A stretch of 42,397 nt of DNA. Source: Bacteroidota bacterium (lineage in GTDB: Bacteria; Bacteroidota; Bacteroidia; Bacteroidales; GWE2-29-8). The notes below the pieces were generated by a model, which ran no database searches, was not told the DNA's origin, and was given only the letters and a program-made list of their open reading frames with translations. Of the stretch, positions 1 through 9,000 are shown piece by piece (within the stretch, counting starts at the first letter, position 1; each line of letters opens with the position of its first letter). The stretch spans positions 1-42,397 of the forward strand of contig JAUZOY010000002.1 of assembly GCA_030706235.1 (NCBI GenBank). The letters are read 5' to 3'. The position numbers and the translations under genes were made by a program.

Positions 1-2
1 AT

Positions 3-3000
3 GTTAAAAATATATTGAAAATACAGGATACATTATATAATAAAGCAAAGGATATTAGTAATTTTAGTAGAATGTTAAGTTATACACTAGATAAAGCTGA
101 AACCTACAGATTAATAAATCGAAGAGATAAAGCACTTCAAATAATAAATAATATTGATGGTTGCATTGAATTAGATAGTAATCAAATAGCATATTTAAAC
201 AGATACAGAACAGTTATTTATGCAGAATATCTGATAGATAATGGATTTTTGAAATCTGAAGATAAATTAAAATTTATTCAAAATAACGAAAATAATTATT
301 TTAAAAATTCTAATTTAATCCTTAATAATACAATAGATAGTTTGAAAAGTTCATTAATAGTTGTTGGAGATACTTTCAAATTACAGTCATTTAATTTTGC
401 TAATAAGTATAAATGGGATTTTGGAGATTGTTCATCAACTACAGATAGTTTAACTATTCATTTATATTCTTATCCTGGAATATATAATATTAATCTAAAA
501 GAAGATTTTAATTGTAAGACTACAAACAGTTATAAAAAAGTCATAGTAGTTCCTAAACCTAAATCTATTTTCTCAATTATTTATCCTGAAACCAAATCAA
601 ATGTATTTTATTTTATTAATAATACACCAAAATTTTATCTATCAGAAACAAAATGTCAAACAGATACAAATAGTTATTGTAAATTGGATTCTACAAAAAT
701 AAGATATTCTTACAAATGGAAATTTGGAAATAATTCAGATACTTTAATTACTAATTTGCCTGATACAATTAAATATAGTTTCAGTAAATCAGGTAAATAC
801 GCTATAAGTCTTAGTAATTATATAGAAATATATGACACTACATCAAAAACATGGTATAATTCTGGAATATATAAATCTTCATATGATACAATTAATTTTA
901 AAGTTCCAGCTATAGCACGATTTAATAAAATTCAATATAATTGTTTAGGGGATACATTATTTTTGAATGACCAATCAATAGGTAATGATCCTTTTAGTTA
1001 CTTCTGGGATTTTGGAGATGGAACAACTTCTTCTCAACAAAATGTCAAAATAAAATATAACCAAACTGGCAATTATAGTGTAATGCTAATAATCAAAGAT
1101 TCTTTGTCACAAATCGATACAACAATTCAAAATATATCAGTAAATCAATTACCTGTCATTAATTTATCTGGTGACAGTTCTGTTTGTTTGGGTAATTCTA
1201 CAACACTAAATGTTTCTGGGGCCTCAAGATATAAATGGAATTTCCTTGATACAATTACTTCTTCACAAAATATAACAGTTAATCCAACAACAACTTCAAC
1301 TTATATTGTTATAGGTGAAAATGATAATGGATGTACAGCTAGTAGCAGTTTTATTACAAATGTGAAGCCTTTGGAAATTAATATTACACATGATACAATT
1401 ATTTGTCAAGGTAATGCAATAGAATTAATCCCTTCAGGTGGAAATAGATACATCTGGAATACTTATGACACAACATCTACTATTATTATATCACCAGAAA
1501 ATACTATAACTTATACTGTAACAGGGTTTGATAGAAATGGTTGTTATGGATCTACTCAGGAAATAGTTGTAATAAACAAGGTTGATTTTGGATCAAATAA
1601 TAAAATTAAAACATGTGGTAATTCAACTATAACATTACAGGACAATGATCCTTATCCTGGAAAAAAATATTTATGGAGTACCGGAGATACTACTTCAAAT
1701 ATAATAGTCAGTCCTTTAAATGATCAAGTATACAAATTAACTGCTACTAATAATGGATGTAGTGTATCTGATTCAATCAAAGTAATAATCACCCCTGGAA
1801 TATCTTTATCATCTTCTGATATAACTATCTGTAAAGGAGACAGTGTATTAATTACATCAAATGCAAGTAATGAAAATAATGCAAATATTTTCTTCTGGAG
1901 TAATGGAAATGTAAAAGATTCAATAGAAGTTCGACCAGAATTTACTACTTCCTATACAGTTACAATAAATAATTTAGATAATGGATGCAGTGCATCAAAC
2001 AACATTACTGTTAATGTAATTGATCCTGCTCCAGCAATTAATAATGATACAACTATATGTCCTGGGTCTTCAGTCTTGCTTTCAGTATTTCCAAATGAAA
2101 ATGAGGATTATTCATTTATTTGGAGTGATGGGACAAATAATTCATCTATTAATGTTTATCCCCAGCAAACAACTACTTATACAGTTACCTCAAGTGTAAA
2201 TCAGACATGTAGTGCTGTAGTCCAAACAATTATTTATGTTAATAATGTAAATATTGGGATATTTATTGATGGAGTAGATCAAGGAAATTACAAAAATATT
2301 ACATTATGCGGTTCTACACTTTCATTTAATTTAAGGGATAAAAATAGTAATATTTATAATTCTTATTTGTGGAGTACAGGTGATGTTTTACCTTCAATAA
2401 TAATAAATCCAACTTCTAATACAACTTATTCAGTCACTTCAACTAAAAATGGATGCATAACTACTGATTCAATAATTGTGAATGTCTTCCCAGCACCTGC
2501 ATTACTTTCAGCAGGAAGCAATGAATATGTTTGTACAAATAATAATTTAGTAAATTTTATAGCAAATTCTAATCCACAAAATAATCAGAGTTACAGTTGG
2601 AGTACTGGTTCACTTTCTCAATCAATTCAGGATAATCCTTTTACAACAACAACTTATACTGTTACTGCAACTGAAACATCAGGATGTTTTTCAACTGCAC
2701 AAGTAATAGCTATTGTAAATGGTGCAAAAATAGAAGCAATAATAAATAACAATAGTTTATTCCCAAATAATTTAGTTAATATTTGTGGGAAAAACAATAC
2801 AGTTGTATTACAAAATAAAAATTATCAGGCTGGTAATACATATATTTGGAGTACAGGTGATACTTCACATTCAATTGTTTTACAACCTCCTTACTTACAA
2901 TCATATTCTGTTACAGTAACTGTAAATGGATGTACTTCTTCAGATGAAATATTTTTAAATTCATTACCTATGTCTGATTTAAATTTGCCTGGAGATATAT

Positions 3001-6000
3001 CAGTTTGTCCAAACAGTACTGATTATATTAGCATTTGTGCAGGTGTTAATTTTAACGATAATCAGATATTTAACTGGAGTGGGAGTGATGGTTCAAACTA
3101 TAATCAAACCCAATGTATTTATGTAAATCCAACTCTTGGAACAAATTATACAGTAACAATGACAGAACCTAATGGTTGTTCAGCATCAAAAAGTATAACT
3201 GTAAATGTTTCAAATATTATGACACCATTTATAAGCTCTGATCAAACAATTTGTCCAAATAAATATACAAACATAAGTGCATGGGTAAATGGTTCGAACT
3301 GTACATATTCATGGAATAATGGCTTTTCATCCTCAAATATAAATGTTGCTCCGAATTTTACAACAACTTATATTGTAACAGTAAATGATGGACCAACTTG
3401 TAGTGGAACAGCTCAAACAATTGTAACAGTTTCAGATAAGCTTATCCCTCAAATTACTCCTGTTCAAACTATATGTAAAGGTCAACAAGTATTTCTATCA
3501 ATATCTTCATACGAATTAACTTATGGTTATAATTATACTTGGTCAACAGAACCATATGATAATTCTACATCCCAAAATAATTATTATTGGCTTAATGTAT
3601 CTCCAACCCAGACTACTACTTATCATTTAAGTGTGAGTGGCTCTCCATCTTGTAGTGGAACAGCACAAACAGTAGTTGTTATAAATTCCGTTGATCTTGG
3701 TCCGGATAAAAATATACCATCATGTGGTGCAAATACTATGATTATTAAAGATAAAAATTTTAAATCAGGTAATACTTATTTATGGAATACCGGGGAAAAT
3801 GCTTCTTCAATTACTTTAAACGAATTAACAGATCCATCAACTCCACAATTTTATACTGTAACTTTAACAGATGAAAATGGTTGTACTTCATCAGATGGGG
3901 TAACTGTGAATGTAACTTCTCCGGGTGCAACAGTTTCAGCAGGTCCTGATCGCACAATTTGCAATTCAAATAATTCCATAACATTAAATGCTGTTGTAGA
4001 TCAGCAAAATAATCAATTATATCAATGGAATAGCGGTGAAACTAATTCATCAATTAATATAAATCCATTATTAACAACTACATATGTAGTTACAGTTTCA
4101 GAACCAACAGGATGTACTGAATCAGCACAAGTTGTGGTAACAGTTGTAGGTGTTCAGCTTCAGGCTATTTTAGATGGAGAAATTCAATGGTGGAATAAAA
4201 ATATTAATTATTGCTCCAATAAATCACTAATTCTGAAAGATATGAATTATAATGATGGCAATTCATATCAATGGAATACAGGCGAAACAACTTCATCTAT
4301 ATCTATTCCTGATGACATAACAGGTAATAAATTTTATCAGGTTACTGTGACAGGTAATGGATGTACATCAACAGATGGCATTTGGATTAATCAATTAAAA
4401 TCAACAAAAGTTATAACAATGCATGATACAATATTAATCTGCCCTGATAATTCCAGTTCAATTCTATTATCAGCATATCAGAATGAATTTAATAATCAAT
4501 CATTCATGTGGAATACAGGTGAGACTACTCAAAATATTCAAGTTATACCAACACAATCAGCTACTTATACTGTGACAATGAGTGATCCTAATGGATGTAC
4601 TTCTACTGATCATATTTTAATTAAAGTATCAGATCATTTAAAACCATTTATTAATGGAAATCAAACTATATGTCCAACTACATCTGTATCATTAAATTCC
4701 TGGATTCCGGTTTTGACAAATGTTGTATACTCATGGAGTGACGGTTCACTTAGTCAATCTATAGATGTTACTCCATCAACAACTTCAACATATACTGTAA
4801 CAGCAAGTAACAGTCCGACTTGTAGTGGAACAGCTCAAGCTGTAATTAATCTTTCAGAACAAATCACTCCAACAATTAGTCCTGATCAATCAATTTGCAG
4901 AGGAAATTCAATTTTGTTATATGCTTCTAATAGTAATGGTGGATATTATACATGGAGCAATGGAGGTGGAGGAAGTGTGATAAATGTAAGTCCTTCTGAA
5001 ACTACAACATATACAGTAACTGTTAATAGAACTCCTACTTGTAGCGGAACTGCGCAGGTTGTTGTAACTGTAAAAGGAGTATTATTATCTTTTAATAATA
5101 ATATTTATGAACTTTGCAATGGATCCTCATTAATTCTTCAGGATTATAATTCACACATTGGAGATAAATATTTATGGAATACAGGGGATACTTCATCTTC
5201 AATTATTGTTTCTCCTTCTACAAATCAGATATATAGAGTCACCTCTACAAGTAATGGTTGTACATCAACTGATGAAGTGGCCGTTAATGTAAAACAATTT
5301 AAAACTGTTAGTTTGGACCCGGATTTTACTGTTTGTCCGGATAATACAATACCAACAACAATAAATGCTAATGTTAGTTGGTCTGATTATAATCAATATT
5401 ATAGTCAACCTTACTTTTATTGGAATACAGGAGAAAATACACAATCAATAAATGTATTACCATCTCAAACAACAACTTACACAGTAACAATGTATGATAA
5501 TGGATGTACAGCATCTGATAGTATCGTTGTTAATACATCTTATAGCTTGCAGGTTAATAAAAGTCCTGATATGATATTATGTTCAGGTTCAGCAGGATAT
5601 ATTGATGTTAATGCTGGAAAAAACATTGGATATAATTATAGATGGAATACAGGGGATACGACAAATTATATGCATGTAACTCCATCTCAATCAACAATAT
5701 ATACTGTCACGGTAAGCAATAGTCCTTCTTGCAGTGGTACAGCTCAAGTAATGATTACTGTTGTTGATCATTATCAACCTGAAATAGAAACCTATAAAGA
5801 TACAATTTGTGTTGGAGATGCAATAAATCTTTCTTTAAAAGATGGTTATAAATATAAGGAAATTACATATATATGGGATAATACTCCCTGGAGTAATTGT
5901 TCATGGTGTAGTAATATAAATCTCAGTCCTTCACAGACAGCAACTTATAAATTGAGAATTTCAAATGGAACATGCTTTGGTGATGTACAAAAACAAATTA

Positions 6001-9000
6001 CTGTTTTTGGAGCATATCTTGGGAATAAAAATATCATAAATAGCTGTGGAGCAGATTCATTACAATTGATTGATTATAATAATCAATATAATAGTATATC
6101 AGGAGAAACGTATCTATGGAGTACAGGTGATACTACTCCTAATATAAAATTTAAAACAAATTACAGCCATAATTATATACTGACAGTTTCAGGAAACGGA
6201 TGTACGACCTCAGATACTGTCTATGTTAACATTACACCTATAGGTACAAATGTAACTTTACAGCAATTAGCAACAGAAGTATGTATAAATACTCCTGTTG
6301 AATTAACAGCTAATCTGAGTTATTGGAATAATCCAACATTTACATGGTTTGGAAAATCATATAATGATGATTATTATTCCGGACAGTCAGGAAGTCAACA
6401 ACAAATTACTGTAACGCCAGCTTCAAATTCTAAATATTATGTTTTAGTTACTGATAATAATGGATGTACTTCAAAATCTTCTGAAATAACAGTTAAAGTA
6501 AAAGGAGCATTTTTGGGAGATAGCCAGTTTATTCAATTATGTGGTACGGGATCAGCAACTATAACAGATTTATATGCCGAAACTGGAGAAACATATTCAT
6601 GGAATACAGGGGAAACAACTTCATCCATAATTGTGACTCCGCCTGTAAGTCCATATTATAATTATTATTATCTGACTGTTACCGGTAATGGCTGTACATC
6701 AACTGCCTATAGTGCAGTTTGGGTACGTTATATAGACTTAGGACAGGATAAAGCAATATGTAGTAATAATAAGGATTCCATAAATATATGTATAAACTCA
6801 TTTGACATCTATTATTTTGATAGCTATAATACACATTGGAATACTGGAAATACTGAAAAATGTATAAATGTTTACCCAACTGAAACATCAACTTATACAG
6901 TATCTGTTAATGCATATAATGGATGTACGTTAACAGATGATATAATAATAAATGTTGATGCATCTGAAGTTTCAGCAGGAGAAGACCAAACAATAGAATG
7001 CGGAGCATATGCAATCATAACTGCTAATGGGACAGACCATTATTTATGGAATACTGGTCAAATCACAAATACAATAAATGTCCATCCGACAGTAACAACT
7101 ACATATATTGTAACAGGTTCTAATGAAAATGGTTGTTACTCAACTTCTCAAGTTGTTGTAAAGGTAATCCCATTACAATTATCTGCAGGTGAAGATAAAA
7201 CAATCTGTATGGGCTCTTCTATTAAATTAAACTCAACTGCCGGGTTATTTTATCATTGGGATAATGGTTCAAATTCTCAATTTATAACAGTAAGTCCATC
7301 AATAAACACAACATATTCAATAACCGGTACTAATGAAAACGGATGTTCTTCTAAAAGCTCTGTATCTGTTACTGTTAATACAATACCATTAGTTTCAGCC
7401 GGATCGGATCAAATATTGTGCTTTGGATCTAAAACAATGCTTAAAGCTACAGGTGCCGGTAATTATTTATGGAGTAATAATGAAACTTCAGATTCTATTG
7501 TTGTTTTTCCAACCCAATCAACAACTTATACTGTCACGGGTACTGAAAATGGTTGTTCTTCAACAGATCAAGTAATTGTTAGTGTTACAAATGATATATC
7601 ATTTGATCATATTGATGACTTTACTATATGTAAGGGTACGAATGTAAAATTTACTCCTAAAGGGAATGCGGAATTTTATTATTTTACAGGTACATTATTT
7701 TCTGATCAGGCACAAATTACATCTTTTACAGATTTAGGATATCTCAATGGAGAAAATCTGAATGGAAATGACTATAATAAAGCTGTATTAGAAAGTGGGA
7801 ATACCTGGGTAGATCAGGGAGTTTTTGAATATTCTTATCCGGATAATACAACAAGTATTGAATTTGATATTACAGCAAAAGATTTACTAAATTATAATTG
7901 TTCCTATAAACAGCATGTAAAAGTAAATATTAACTCTGAAAATTTTAATCCTCCATCAACACAGGTCATATGTTTAGGTAATTCCATAGATCTTAGTGCA
8001 ACTGGAGGCAATGGATCATATACTTGGGATAACAAAATAATTTCACAACCTTATACAGTGAATCCACAAAAAACAACAATATATAATGTTCAGAGTGGAT
8101 CTTGTAATGCAAATGTTGTTGTTATTGTAAAAGATCCAGTAGCTATTATTAATCCAGAAAATGCTACAATAATAAATGGAGGAATAGTTACTATAGAGGG
8201 AACTCTATATACAAAAGATAATACTAATTTAATACCTGATAACCTTAATGCATTTGGTTATTATTGGCATTCAGATCCATTTGATGGAAAAGTTAATCAA
8301 AACATCAATCAAAATCTTTTAACAGTAATGCCTTCAGTAACTACAACATATACTCTTACTATACAAGATAATAATGGTTGTACAGCAACTAATAAAACAA
8401 TTGTATATGTTAATAATAATTGTTCTGGTGATGTTAGTGCAATGATTAGTGGTTATAATCCATCTTATCATGGAGAACCAGATATTGTATATAATATTAC
8501 TGTATCAAATATTAATGGGTTAAATCAAAATGCTAAAGGCAAATTAAGTATAGATTTTGATCCAAAATTATATTTTACTCAATTTTTCCAAATTCTAAAT
8601 AATCAATTGAATTATTGTGACTATAATATGAATTCAATGTCACATATTGATCTTGATTATGATATTGATCCAAACTCATCAGCTATTTATCAATTAAAAT
8701 TAAATAATGGAAGTTGGGGTCAACATAATACAAGACAGAATGACATATTAATCACAACTGTAACTGCATCAACAACTGATTCGAATACTATTGATTGTAT
8801 TAATGACAACAATATATGTGTAGCTAAACAAACAGTTGATATTCCATGGGATCCGAATTTCAAAATTGTAAATCCTTCAGGTGATTGTAATTCACATTAT
8901 GTATCAAAATCTGATACTTTGTATTATACAATTGAATTTGAAAATGAAGGAAATTACTGGGCTACAAATATTGCAATAAGAGATTCACTTGATATTAATT

